This document shows positions 29,769 to 39,752 of a stretch of DNA of 64,000 nt, one piece after another. The notes under the pieces were generated by a model. The model was not told the origin of the DNA. It did not search any database and saw only the letters and a list, made by a program, of their open reading frames with translations. Both the position numbers and the translations under genes were made by a program. Source of the DNA: Candidatus Heimdallarchaeum aukensis (GTDB lineage: Archaea; Asgardarchaeota; Heimdallarchaeia; Heimdallarchaeales; Heimdallarchaeaceae); NCBI GenBank assembly GCA_021513695.1, contig CP084166.1, positions 2,976,001 through 3,040,000 of the forward strand, given 5' to 3'. Each line of letters begins with the position of its first letter. The first letter of the stretch is position 1.

Positions 29769-30815
29769 TTGTCGAAATTATTATTAACATTAAAAAAACT
29801 TGAAAAGTGTAGACTAATGAGCAGATTTTCTCTTAAATTAGAAACAACAGAACAAGAATTAATCAATAAAATTGAAACTTTAAAGAAAATTTCCGCTCTT
29901 ATAGCTTCTAAAATACTAAAAGAACTGAAAATTTATGATTCTCTTCAAAGACCAAGGTCTCCTGAAGAAGTTTTCCACATGAACAATTATATAGGGCTAG
30001 AAAAAGAATTTCATTACATCTTTGAAATTTTAGCTGATATGAAACTCCTAGAAAAACAAGGAGAATTTTATCAAGAAGGGCCAACGAGGATTAGTTTGGA
30101 AAAAAAGTATCAGACTGAAATTTTAGAAGAAAATAATGATATTTTTGGTTCTATAAACTATCTTTTTGAGAAGATAAGTTCAAAATATATAAGTATCTTG
30201 AAAGGAGAGCAAGGAAAATTAAATTCTAAGGAGTTAATAAATTTTCTAGATTGTTTGCATGGCTCAGAATTTGTATTCATGATACGAGAATTGTTTTTCA
30301 AACAGCTAACAACTAGAGTAAGTATTTTTTCTGAAACTACTAAACTTAATATCTTGAACTGGGGAGTGGGATCAGGATATGATGCAGTACATATAGCTGA
30401 CTTTTTTGGTTTAAGGGCTTCAATTATAAGTATTGAACCTGATAATGAAGTTTATAGAGGAAAAGTTTTGCAAGATTTATATGAAATTTATAATCTGGAT
30501 TTTGTTGAAAGATCTCACTTAGAAATTTCTCTTTTGTCTGGAACAATTGATTTATTTTTTGGAAATGGGATATTCTTTTTTGAAAGCTTTTCTGAAATTG
30601 TGAAAGTCATTAAGAAATTGCTCAAAGATGAGGGTTTCCTTGCATTAATCATCAATAAGGATATAGACTTAGCTACAAAATGGGTTTTCTCTGTGTTTGA
30701 TAAATATAAAGTTGCAGAAGATAGAGATTCCTTAATAGCAAAATTCAAACATAGTGGTCTATCCAGAGTAAAATATGTAGGATTGAATGACAGTTTTGTA
30801 CTTTTACAAAAATGA
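29769..30815 (+). CDS. class I SAM-dependent O-methyltransferase-like protein
   Basis: N-terminal dimerisation-like region; Rossmann motif ILNWGVGSGYDAVHIA; acidic residue after beta-2 (SIEPD). Confidence 0.6.
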   Translation: MSKLLLTLKKLEKCRLMSRFSLKLETTEQELINKIETLKKISALIASKILKELKIYDSLQRPRSPEEVFHMNNYIGLEKEFHYIFEILADMKLLEKQGEFYQEGPTRISLEKKYQTEILEENNDIFGSINYLFEKISSKYISILKGEQGKLNSKELINFLDCLHGSEFVFMIRELFFKQLTTRVSIFSETTKLNILNWGVGSGYDAVHIADFFGLRASIISIEPDNEVYRGKVLQDLYEIYNLDFVERSHLEISLLSGTIDLFFGNGIFFFESFSEIVKVIKKLLKDEGFLALIINKDIDLATKWVFSVFDKYKVAEDRDSLIAKFKHSGLSRVKYVGLNDSFVLLQK

Positions 30816-30865
30816 AAAAGAAAGGAAGAATCTTAAAATAAAAAAAAGATAAATTACTTTTTTGT

Positions 30866-32044
30866 TTATTTCTTTTTCTGTTCTGCAAGTTTAGACTTTT
30901 CAGCTAATTCAGGTATTATTTGTAGGAAAGGTGCAATAGAGTTAGCGATTGTTGAAAAAGCATCTTCTTTAGAGCCTGTAATAATCATTTTATCAATTTC
31001 TAAGTTCTGGTAAATCTCTGGTAATCTTGCAATAATCATTTCTTGGAAGAAGCGACTATCTGCTTTTGCTAGAGCTTGTATTCTAGCTAATATACCTTCT
31101 GCTTCTGCTTTTCTAGCCTCTAAAATCATAGCAGCTTCACCTTTGGCTCTAGATTCAAGCTCAAATTGCTTTGCTGCTGCCATTCTACGGATTTTTTCAG
31201 CTTCAACGTCAACTTCTGAGGCAATTTTTCTGTATTTCTCTGCATTAGCTTCGATTTCAACCTTTGTTTGATAAGTTTTGGCTTCTACTTCTGTTCTTTT
31301 CTTTTCAAGTTCTTGGATTTTAATCTCTCTATCTTTTTGCTTAGTTTCAATGTCTAATTGTACTCCTTGTCTTTCCATTTCGACCTTTCGTTGAACTTCT
31401 AAGTCTCTAAGTTTAGTGGTTTCCTCCATATCTGCTTTCTTTAATCTGGCTAGTTTCTCCTGTTCAATTTTCATAATAGCGCTGACATTCTCCTTTAATT
31501 TAGGATCTATGATCTCTATTTCTCTAATTTCAACGCTTTCGATAATCAAACCCCAATCTCTTGTTAATGTGTGTAATTCTTTGACTACAGACTCAATTAT
31601 TGCTTGTCTGTCGCGTATTATTTTCTCTAGTTGCATGTTGGCAGTAACAGTTCGAATAATTGATTCTGTGGCGTTTTTGATTATATTTTCGACATAAGCA
31701 GGCGAGGACTGATCCCATACAACCCTAGCAAAAGCAACTTCAGGGTCAACAACTCTCCAAAAAACAAAAGCTGTTACTGATATCTCTTGAAATTCTCTAC
31801 TAACTACTTTTTCTTTTGCTTCCAAAAAAGTAGATTGTGTAGTTACTGGAATAGTTCTAATTTCGTCGATCAAAGGTAAAACAACAGCTTTTCCACCTTG
31901 TCCTGCTCTGATAACCTTTCCTCCACGAAAGTGAATGACGTAAAAACTAGTATCGAATTTACGATAACGTGACGCATAAAACATCAATCCAAGAACAATT
32001 AAAACGACTATTCCAATAATTAAATATACATACCATTCTGCCAT
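30866..32044 (-). CDS. SPFH/band-7 flotillin-like protein
   Basis: N-terminal TM, SPFH core, long Ala/Glu-rich coiled coil (EAEGILARIQALAKADS…). Confidence 0.8.
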   Translation of the reverse strand: MAEWYVYLIIGIVVLIVLGLMFYASRYRKFDTSFYVIHFRGGKVIRAGQGGKAVVLPLIDEIRTIPVTTQSTFLEAKEKVVSREFQEISVTAFVFWRVVDPEVAFARVVWDQSSPAYVENIIKNATESIIRTVTANMQLEKIIRDRQAIIESVVKELHTLTRDWGLIIESVEIREIEIIDPKLKENVSAIMKIEQEKLARLKKADMEETTKLRDLEVQRKVEMERQGVQLDIETKQKDREIKIQELEKKRTEVEAKTYQTKVEIEANAEKYRKIASEVDVEAEKIRRMAAAKQFELESRAKGEAAMILEARKAEAEGILARIQALAKADSRFFQEMIIARLPEIYQNLEIDKMIITGSKEDAFSTIANSIAPFLQIIPELAEKSKLAEQKKK

Positions 32045-32233
32045 TTTCTTTCTCCTCAGTTAGATTCAAGATGGATTTAGTAATACGCTTTTTTAAAGGT
32101 ATTCAAATGAAAATCACACATGAGGTTAAAAAAATAGAAAATTTAGTTTTTCACCATTTGTTAAAATAGCTTTAATGTTTATATTTTTTAACTTGATTTT
32201 ACTTTAGAAAGAAAGAAAAAAGAAAAATTAAAA

Positions 32234-32995
32234 TTATAAACTATCTACCAGATAAGTGTTGTTTTTGAAAGCTACAATCCTTACTTTTTCTCCTTTCTTG
32301 AATTTATCAAAAGGACTGAAAGTTTTAGCATGCAGTTTTGTTAAACCTATATTTTGCCCTAAATCAACGACAATTATTCCTCCTTTTACATCTACAGAAA
32401 CGAAAACCTCACCTATCTCCCCAACAAGCTGTTCTCCTTTTGGAACAATAATTGAAGTAGTAGCAGAAAGTTTTCTCCATGTTTTAGATAAAATCCAAGC
32501 TAAAAAGTAGGGAACAACAAAAACACTTACTATACGTACGATTCTTAAACTAAGATCATCAGAAGAAATTCGAAGTGTTGAAACCCCTAAAATACCAAAG
32601 ATTAGGAAATAGGTAGACATTAATAGGAATAAAGGAGCTGAAGAACGAGTAATATCAATACTTTCAACTACGGCTTTCGAAACTTTATGAGGGGTAAGAT
32701 CAGAGACGTCTCCACTTTCACTGCTGACTTCATGGTCACCTACATCATGATCTCCAATATCATGGCTCACATCATGTCCCCCTATGTCATGATCTCCTAC
32801 ATCATGGCTTATGTCATGCCCTCCAATATCATGATCTCCTATATCATGGCTTACATCGTGTCCTCCAAAAGCCTCTGTAATATTTTCAATGTTGAGAACA
32901 AATGAAAGAATTACTAACAATGCTCCACTAATTAATAAAGCTAAAGCTATATTCCATAGTATTGTTTCAAAATTAAGTAAAAATTCAGGATTCAA
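32234..32995 (-). CDS. NfeD-like membrane protein (SPFH partner) with His/Asp-rich pentapeptide repeat insertion
   Basis: TM helices plus C-terminal OB-fold (VGEIGEVFVSVDVKGGIIVVDLGQ…VRIVAFKNNTYLV). Upstream and co-oriented with the flotillin gene. Confidence 0.7.
   Translation of the reverse strand: MNPEFLLNFETILWNIALALLISGALLVILSFVLNIENITEAFGGHDVSHDIGDHDIGGHDISHDVGDHDIGGHDVSHDIGDHDVGDHEVSSESGDVSDLTPHKVSKAVVESIDITRSSAPLFLLMSTYFLIFGILGVSTLRISSDDLSLRIVRIVSVFVVPYFLAWILSKTWRKLSATTSIIVPKGEQLVGEIGEVFVSVDVKGGIIVVDLGQNIGLTKLHAKTFSPFDKFKKGEKVRIVAFKNNTYLVDSL
32705..32869 (-). repeat. about 10 tandem degenerate 15-nt units encoding an HD[IV][GS][DG] pentapeptide repeat inside the NfeD CDS
   Basis: Protein stretch GGHDVSHDIGDHDIGGHDISHDVGDHDIGGHDVSHDIGDHDVGDHEVS; DNA periodicity catgatctcctacatcatggc… visible. 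Confidence 0.6.
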
Positions 32996-33181
32996 TTTCT
33001 TCTTCCTCTTTTTCCTTTTCGATTAAAAATAGGACATGGTGATTTAAAAATCTTGATAAATAAATTCTATTAAAAATTAAAAACTAGTTTTTGAAAATCT
33101 ACAAAATGTAATAAAATAAAAAGGTACATTTGATAAATACAAAAATTTATCTTTAGAAAATAAAAGTTGGACTTGAAATAA

Positions 33182-34573
33182 TTGCGTTCTCTAAGTGTGT
33201 GCACAAAAATTTTGGAAGAGCAAGGAATAAACTATTCTATATACGAACTTGATTCTAAGTCGTTTAGCATAATAGACCCAAGAGTAAAAAAAAGAATAGA
33301 ACAAGTGAAACAAATAGCTGAGAGCTTGAATTGTGTAGTAGGAATAGTTGGTGGATTTATTCGAGACTTGTTATTAAAAAAACCGAGTAAAGATGTTGAT
33401 TTTGTAGTTATTGAAGGTGATTTAGAAAAATTAACAGAAGAAATTGCAAAAAAACTAAAGGCAAAAAAGGCTATAATTCATAACCAAACCTTAACTACGC
33501 AAATACGCTTCGGAGAAGGAATAGTATTTGAGTTTAATGCACCTAGAGTGGAAAGTTATGAGCCTTTGTCTCGCGTCCCAAAGGTAAGAAGAGGAACAAT
33601 AATAGATGATTTAACAAGGAGAGATTTCACTATCAATTCTTTTATACTTTTTGAAAACAAATACTTAGACATTTTTAACAGTAAAAAAGATCTTCTTGAA
33701 GGGATCATTAGAACTACAAGAGAACCATCAATTGTTTTCTCTGAAGATTACTTAAGAATATTTAGAGCAATAAGATTCGCATGTTTACTGGATTTTAAGA
33801 TAGAAGAGAAAACAAAGAAAGGAATAATAGAGAATGCACATCAGCTTAGTTTTGTAGCTAAAGAAAGAATAATTGAAGAGATAAGATTGACAGCTAAAAA
33901 GGATATAGTTTGCTGTTTCAAATTAATGACAGAACTGGCAATTATTCATACTCTTTTTCCTGAATTGAAAAACGAAAAAATAAATGATACTTACATAGTT
34001 TCTTTAAAATATGAAAAAATAGAGAAAGAGCTAGAACTTGTCAAACAACAAAAAGGGATAAACTATTTCCTTTGTTTTTTTGCTTTAGTAATGAAAGAAC
34101 AATTTATTGAAAAGGAAAATTATCTGGCAAAAATCAAAAATGAATTAAAAAAATTCAAGTTTTCAAAAAAAGAGATAGAAAAAATTTTGCTTATTATTAA
34201 ATATTCAAATACTCTAATACACCACATTTTTTATCCTGTTTCAAAAAAAGAATTAGGATTATTGTTAAGAGAAATATTTGAAATTAGAGAAGAAGTTATA
34301 GCTATAAATATTGCAGAAAACAAACTCTTAAAGAAGAAAAATAAAAATTTAGAAAAAATAATAGGCGATTTAAGAGAATTAAGTAAAGATAAAGAACTAA
34401 TTTTTATAAAACCTGCAGTAAATGGTAATGAACTAATGGAATTGGGAATAAAAAAAATGGAAATAAATCAATGTAAAGAATTTTTAATACATGCCTTGAT
34501 GGATGAGCAGCTAGAAAACACAAAGGAAGAATGTATTAAATATGTTAAAAGATATTATCTCCAGAAACGATAG
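33182..34573 (+). CDS. class II nucleotidyltransferase (bacterial/eukaryotic-type CCA-adding enzyme / poly(A) polymerase head domain) protein
   Basis: GIVGGFIRDLLL…DVDFVV (GGxxRD…DxD pol-beta NT motif), RRDFTINS motif; 463 aa. Confidence 0.7.
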   Translation: MRSLSVCTKILEEQGINYSIYELDSKSFSIIDPRVKKRIEQVKQIAESLNCVVGIVGGFIRDLLLKKPSKDVDFVVIEGDLEKLTEEIAKKLKAKKAIIHNQTLTTQIRFGEGIVFEFNAPRVESYEPLSRVPKVRRGTIIDDLTRRDFTINSFILFENKYLDIFNSKKDLLEGIIRTTREPSIVFSEDYLRIFRAIRFACLLDFKIEEKTKKGIIENAHQLSFVAKERIIEEIRLTAKKDIVCCFKLMTELAIIHTLFPELKNEKINDTYIVSLKYEKIEKELELVKQQKGINYFLCFFALVMKEQFIEKENYLAKIKNELKKFKFSKKEIEKILLIIKYSNTLIHHIFYPVSKKELGLLLREIFEIREEVIAINIAENKLLKKKNKNLEKIIGDLRELSKDKELIFIKPAVNGNELMELGIKKMEINQCKEFLIHALMDEQLENTKEECIKYVKRYYLQKR

Positions 34574-34636
34574 TCATATCACATAAAATTTGTTTTTTAT
34601 GAATTTTAAATTAGTACATTTAAGCTCTAATCAAAA

Positions 34637-36556
34637 ATGAGATTTTCTGTTTTAAGAAATCCGATAACTTTTAATAGAATAAATGGTTGGTTTAATAATA
34701 TGATTAAATATCAATATGATATTTCCAATTATTTGGCAATTGAAACAGCTGGAGGAGTTGATTGGCATCCAATTGAACGAAAACTAGTTTTTACTTATAA
34801 TGCTCCTGGTTTGTTTCAGATATTTGAAACCAGAGTAAAAGAAGGAGTAACTGGGAGTGTTATTCAATTATCATCTGATGAAAATCGTAGTACAGATCCT
34901 TGTTTCTTGAGTGATGGTTCAATAGTTTTTCATAGAGATTTTGGTGGGAATGAGAATTTCCAACTTTTTGTTCTTAACAATTCAAACAAGGAGCAGAAAA
35001 TAACTTCAGACTATAATGCTAAGCATATTGTTTTATTCACTTCAGAGTCATATTTGTATTATAGAGCTAATATCACAAACAAATCTAAATTTGAAATTTT
35101 TAGGCAAAAAATACCCGTTTTACATAATCCTCCTGAAAAGATTTTCTCTCCCGAGGAAGGATTGCCTACCTCTTTACTTACTAATGATGATAATTTGTGT
35201 GTTATAGTTATTTCCTACGGAAATACAAATGAGAAAGTTATACTTTATGATGTTAATTCAGGAGAAGTGACTAACTTAACAGAATCACTTAAAAACGGAG
35301 AAAAGGAAACTTACCGTTGGGAAACCATTCGCTGGATAGATGATTCGCATTTACTTGTCGCAACTGACTTTAACAGTGATATCATAAGACTAGGAGTCCT
35401 TGATATTAATGGAAATTTCAATGAAATTAGTAATTTAGAACAAAAATACGAATTTAATGTTGCTACTTACAGAAAGGGAAGTAAAAAAACTTATTTCTCC
35501 ATTAATAAAGAGGGGTTTGATGAGCTGTTTTGTTGTGAATTTACAACTAAAGAGGCCCAGAATATAGAAAAAGTAGATCTTCCTTCCAAAGGAGTAATAC
35601 TTTATGGTGATACAAGATCATTTTCTAAAGCTATGTCATTATCTTACGATGGAAAATTTCTAGCAATATCTTTTTCTTCATCAACAATCCCTTCATCTCC
35701 ATGGCTAATAGATCTGGAAACAAAAAAAGCCTGGCCTGCAATTGAAGTAAGAACTGCAGGGATACCAATACACTCATTCGTAGATTGTAAACTAGAAAGG
35801 TTTTCAAGTTTTGATCAATTGTCTGTTCCCTACTTTATTTATTATCCTAACATCGAAAAACCAAAAAATGGTTTTCCAGCTTTGATTCTCATTCATGGAG
35901 GACCAGAATCTCAAATCAGACCTTATTTTAACCCAGTTATTCAATTCTTTGTTGCTGCAGGGTACGTAGTAGTAACACCTAATATCAGAGGAAGTTCAGG
36001 ATATGGACGCAAGTATATGGACCTTGATAACGTAGAAAAAAGGTTGGATTCAATAAAAGATATCGCATTTCTTGCTGAGGAGCTTAAAAAGAATGAGCAA
36101 ATAGATCCTTCAAAACTGATTGTTTATGGAGCAAGCTATGGTGGATTTGCAGTCTTATCTTCTTTAACAGAATATCCTGATATATGGGCCGCAGGGGTTG
36201 ATATTGTAGGAATTTCTAATTTCGTTACTTTTCTGCAAAATACAGCTAGTTGGAGAAGAAAATTGCGAGAAGCAGAGTACGGTAGCCTAGAAAAAGATTT
36301 AGACGTGCTAAAGTCTATTAGCCCCATAAATAAAATTGAAAGAATTAAAGCCCCCCTGTTTATTGTCCATGGAGACAATGATGAACGTGTTCCTCTATCT
36401 GAAACGTTACAAATGTATGAAAAAATGAAACAAAAAGGACTAAATGTAGCTCTTCTTCGTTTCTCAGATGAAGGACATGGTATAACAAAATTACCTAATA
36501 AAATTAAAGCTTATACTAAAATCCTTGAATGGTTAAATACTCTTCTAAAAAATTAA
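34637..36556 (+). CDS. S9 family serine peptidase (prolyl oligopeptidase/acylaminoacyl-peptidase-like) with N-terminal beta-propeller
   Basis: Catalytic Ser GASYGGF, Asp HGDNDERVP, His DEGHG; 639 aa. Confidence 0.85.
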   Translation: MRFSVLRNPITFNRINGWFNNMIKYQYDISNYLAIETAGGVDWHPIERKLVFTYNAPGLFQIFETRVKEGVTGSVIQLSSDENRSTDPCFLSDGSIVFHRDFGGNENFQLFVLNNSNKEQKITSDYNAKHIVLFTSESYLYYRANITNKSKFEIFRQKIPVLHNPPEKIFSPEEGLPTSLLTNDDNLCVIVISYGNTNEKVILYDVNSGEVTNLTESLKNGEKETYRWETIRWIDDSHLLVATDFNSDIIRLGVLDINGNFNEISNLEQKYEFNVATYRKGSKKTYFSINKEGFDELFCCEFTTKEAQNIEKVDLPSKGVILYGDTRSFSKAMSLSYDGKFLAISFSSSTIPSSPWLIDLETKKAWPAIEVRTAGIPIHSFVDCKLERFSSFDQLSVPYFIYYPNIEKPKNGFPALILIHGGPESQIRPYFNPVIQFFVAAGYVVVTPNIRGSSGYGRKYMDLDNVEKRLDSIKDIAFLAEELKKNEQIDPSKLIVYGASYGGFAVLSSLTEYPDIWAAGVDIVGISNFVTFLQNTASWRRKLREAEYGSLEKDLDVLKSISPINKIERIKAPLFIVHGDNDERVPLSETLQMYEKMKQKGLNVALLRFSDEGHGITKLPNKIKAYTKILEWLNTLLKN

Positions 36557-36914
36557 TCTTCTTTTTTCTTCTATTTTTTTGTGTTTTTTAGAAACTAATC
36601 AACTTTTATGCTTGAAGCGGAAGACTTAAATTTCTTTCGTTTTTATACATTGATGCTAATTGTTTGTTTTAGGCTCTTAAACTGGAAATTTCGACTTTCT
36701 CTATTTATTTTTTTAAAAACTTTTTCCGAAACATTTATATATTATAAACACAATTTAAAATACGGACACCTAAAGTGGTTATGGCAGATTGGTTCTCTAT
36801 TTTGGATAGAAGAAGAAAGTAAAGAAGAGGAAAGAATGTACTAGGGTAGAGGAAGGATTCAAACATTGAAAGAATAATATAGAGAATCACACAGAAGCTT
36901 TAGTGTTTAAATAG

Positions 36915-37868
36915 GTGATAGAAAGAATGAGTCATGGTAATTCATCTAGAGGATATGAGGAAGAGCAAATTACATGTCCTGAGTGTGGAAGTACTGATGT
37001 AGTATTGGATCAAACAAGAGGAGAGCATATTTGTAGAGAGTGTGGAACAGTAGTTGAAGATAAGTTAATAGATGATGGACCTGAGTGGAGGGCATTTACT
37101 GCAGAAGAGCGTTCAAAACGTTCAAGAGTTGGTTCTCCAACAACAATTACAATTCACGATAAAGGTTTGAGTACACAAATTGGTTGGGAAGATAGAGACG
37201 TTTATGGTAAGAAATTATCTCCAAAACGAAGAGCTCAGATTTATCGTCTTCGTAAGTGGCAAATACGTACTAGGGTACATAGTTCAATCGATAGAAATCT
37301 TGCTTATGCCATGTCTGAACTAGATAGACTGGCTTCACAGTTAGGTCTTCCTAGAAGCGTAAATGAGACTGCTGCAAATATATACAGAAAGGCAATAGAA
37401 AAAAGGTTAATTCGAGGACGTTCAATCGAGGCTATGATTGGTGCTACAGCTTATGCTGGAGCAAGAATAAGACGTGTTCCCCGAACTTTGGACGAGATAG
37501 CTCGTCATTCCAGGATTTCAAAGAAGGAACTAGGAAGATGTTACAGATTAATTATTCGTGAGTTAAATATCAAGATACCATTAGCAAACCCAAGAGATTA
37601 CATTGTTCGTTTTGCTGCTGAATTAAGGTTGAGTGGTAAAACTTCTCAAAAAGCTGTTGAACTATTAGAACGAGCTAAAGAGCACAATTTAACAGCAGGA
37701 AAAGATCCTACTGGTTTGGCTGCTGCAGCGATATATATTGCAGGAATAACAGAAGGCGAAAGGAGAACCCAACGAGAAATAGCTGAAACAGCTACTGTAA
37801 CAGAGGTTACTGTAAGAAATAGGTATAAAGAACTTGTAAGAAAGTTGAACATAGAAGTAACGATATAG
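36915..37868 (+). CDS. tfb: transcription initiation factor IIB (TFB)
   Basis: N-terminal Zn ribbon CPECGS…CRECG, B-finger/linker, two cyclin-fold repeats; 317 aa. Confidence 0.9.
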   Translation: MIERMSHGNSSRGYEEEQITCPECGSTDVVLDQTRGEHICRECGTVVEDKLIDDGPEWRAFTAEERSKRSRVGSPTTITIHDKGLSTQIGWEDRDVYGKKLSPKRRAQIYRLRKWQIRTRVHSSIDRNLAYAMSELDRLASQLGLPRSVNETAANIYRKAIEKRLIRGRSIEAMIGATAYAGARIRRVPRTLDEIARHSRISKKELGRCYRLIIRELNIKIPLANPRDYIVRFAAELRLSGKTSQKAVELLERAKEHNLTAGKDPTGLAAAAIYIAGITEGERRTQREIAETATVTEVTVRNRYKELVRKLNIEVTI

Positions 37869-37955
37869 ATTATCCAAACATTCAGAATATGTATTTACTC
37901 TTTTTTTTCTCTCTCTTTTTTCAAAGAATTTAATAATATGATTGATTTTCTGTAA

Positions 37956-39506
37956 ATGAGCTCTATGACTGAAGAAAATAAAATAGAAAAAGTAATTGAT
38001 GTTTGTCTCCGTAGAGGTTTCGTTAACCAAACTGCAGAAATTTATGGTGGAGCTTCAGGTTTTTTTGATTTAGGGCCTTTGGGTACCCTAATGCGTCAAA
38101 AACTAGTTGATTTTTGGAGACAATTATTTGTACTTGATAATGATAACGTCTTTGAAATTGATGGTTCTTTGCTACTACCAGAAAGTGTCTTCAAAGCTTC
38201 AGGGCATCTAGATTCTTTTGAAGACCCTCTAATCCAATGTAAAAATTGTAAATCTATGTACCGAGCAGACCATATAATCTCTCAAAATACAGGTATAAGT
38301 GCAGAAGGTTTGTCATTAGAAGAACTTGATAAAATTGTAGAAGAAAATAAAATTGTCTGTCCAAGTTGTAAAGGAGAGCTTGACAAAGCAAGACAGTTTA
38401 ATCTAATGTTTAGCACTGGAATTGGCCCTGTTAGTGGAAATAAAGGTTATCTTAGACCTGAAACAGCACAAAATATTTTTGTTAACTTTAAACGCTATGC
38501 TTCTTTCATGAGGAATAAGCTTCCTTTTGGAATTGCACAAGTAGGTAAGTCATTTAGAAATGAAATCTCTCCTAGGAACTTTCTCATAAGAGTTAGAGAG
38601 TTTGAGCAGATGGAAATTGAAATGTTCTTTGATCCTGAGCAGGCAAATGATTTTTCTCTCTTTGATTTTGTTGAAGATGTTGAAATTAATGTGGTAACAA
38701 AAGAGATGCAAGAAAAAGAGTGGTCTAAACCTCTATTAATTAGTGTTAAGGAAGCAATAGAAAAGGGAATAATACCAAACCAAGTTATGGGTTACTTTAT
38801 TGCTATGGAGAGTGAAATGCTACAAGCTTTGGGTATTCCCAAAGATTCTTTCTGGTTTAGATACATGCTACCACATGAAACACCACACTATTCTGGTGGT
38901 AATCTAGACCTTGAAGTAAAATTGTCTATTGGCAAAGTAGAAATAATAGGAAATGCTTATAGAACAGATTACGATTTAAAGAAACATCAAAAAGCTTCTA
39001 AATCTACCTTTACAATTGTATCAAATAACAAGAAAGTTTTACCCCATGTCGTAGAACCATCAATGGGTGTAGGTAGAATACTTTACACAGTTTTGGAATA
39101 TTGTTATAGAGAAGATGAAAGTAGATCTTGGTCTTGGTTCAAATTCCCAGCATCAATAGCTCCGATAGAGATCGCTGTTTTTCCATTAATGAAAAAAGAT
39201 GGACTTGCGGAATATGCTCAAGATTTACATTTAGATCTAAAGGACGCTGGTTTTGTTTCCTTTTATGATGATACAGGGAAAATAGGAAAAAGATATGCAC
39301 GAGCAGACGAGATTGGAATATTATACTGTATAACTGTTGATTATGAAAGCTTAGAAAAAGATACAGTAACGATCAGAGATAGAGATTCAACTAAACAAAT
39401 AAGAGTGTCTATTGAAGACCTTGAAGATGTTTTGGATGCACTTTTAGAGGAAGAGTTAACCTTTGAAGAACTAATTGAAAATCAGAAATATTTAATAGAG
39501 CAATAA
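37956..39506 (+). CDS. glyS: glycine--tRNA ligase, archaeal/eukaryotic alpha2 type
   Basis: YGGASGFFDLGPLG, VFKASGHLD, YLRPETAQNIFVNF (class II motif 2), anticodon-binding C-terminus. Confidence 0.85.
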   Translation: MSSMTEENKIEKVIDVCLRRGFVNQTAEIYGGASGFFDLGPLGTLMRQKLVDFWRQLFVLDNDNVFEIDGSLLLPESVFKASGHLDSFEDPLIQCKNCKSMYRADHIISQNTGISAEGLSLEELDKIVEENKIVCPSCKGELDKARQFNLMFSTGIGPVSGNKGYLRPETAQNIFVNFKRYASFMRNKLPFGIAQVGKSFRNEISPRNFLIRVREFEQMEIEMFFDPEQANDFSLFDFVEDVEINVVTKEMQEKEWSKPLLISVKEAIEKGIIPNQVMGYFIAMESEMLQALGIPKDSFWFRYMLPHETPHYSGGNLDLEVKLSIGKVEIIGNAYRTDYDLKKHQKASKSTFTIVSNNKKVLPHVVEPSMGVGRILYTVLEYCYREDESRSWSWFKFPASIAPIEIAVFPLMKKDGLAEYAQDLHLDLKDAGFVSFYDDTGKIGKRYARADEIGILYCITVDYESLEKDTVTIRDRDSTKQIRVSIEDLEDVLDALLEEELTFEELIENQKYLIEQ

Positions 39507-39564
39507 ACTTAAACCTTAAAAACAATGTAATAAATGTCAAAATGAATTATAGAAAGTGAGTAAA

Positions 39565-39711
39565 ATGACCAAATATATCTGCCAAAATTGTAAAACAGAA
39601 ATTACACCTAATGATTTAAGACTTCTTCCAGGTGTAAAGTGTCCTAAATGCAGTCATAGAATATTAATTAAGAAACGTTCTCTTATAGCAAAGCCAGTGA
39701 AGGCTCGATAA
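39565..39711 (+). CDS. rpoP: DNA-directed RNA polymerase subunit P (Rpb12/RpoP homologue)
   Basis: 48-aa ORF not in the track: MTKYICQNCKTEITPNDLRLLPGVKCPKCSHRILIKKR… The CxxC…LRLLPGV…CPxC pattern is characteristic of RpoP. Confidence 0.6.
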   Translation: MTKYICQNCKTEITPNDLRLLPGVKCPKCSHRILIKKRSLIAKPVKAR

Positions 39712-39752
39712 TCTTCTTTTTATCTATTTTTTATCTATTTTTATTTAATTAA

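Noticed and set aside
36608-36844. 78-aa ORF in the spacer upstream of tfb
   Set aside because: No motifs and a hydrophobic low-complexity translation of AT-rich DNA; it is probably non-coding. The spacer is reported separately as a long regulatory region.
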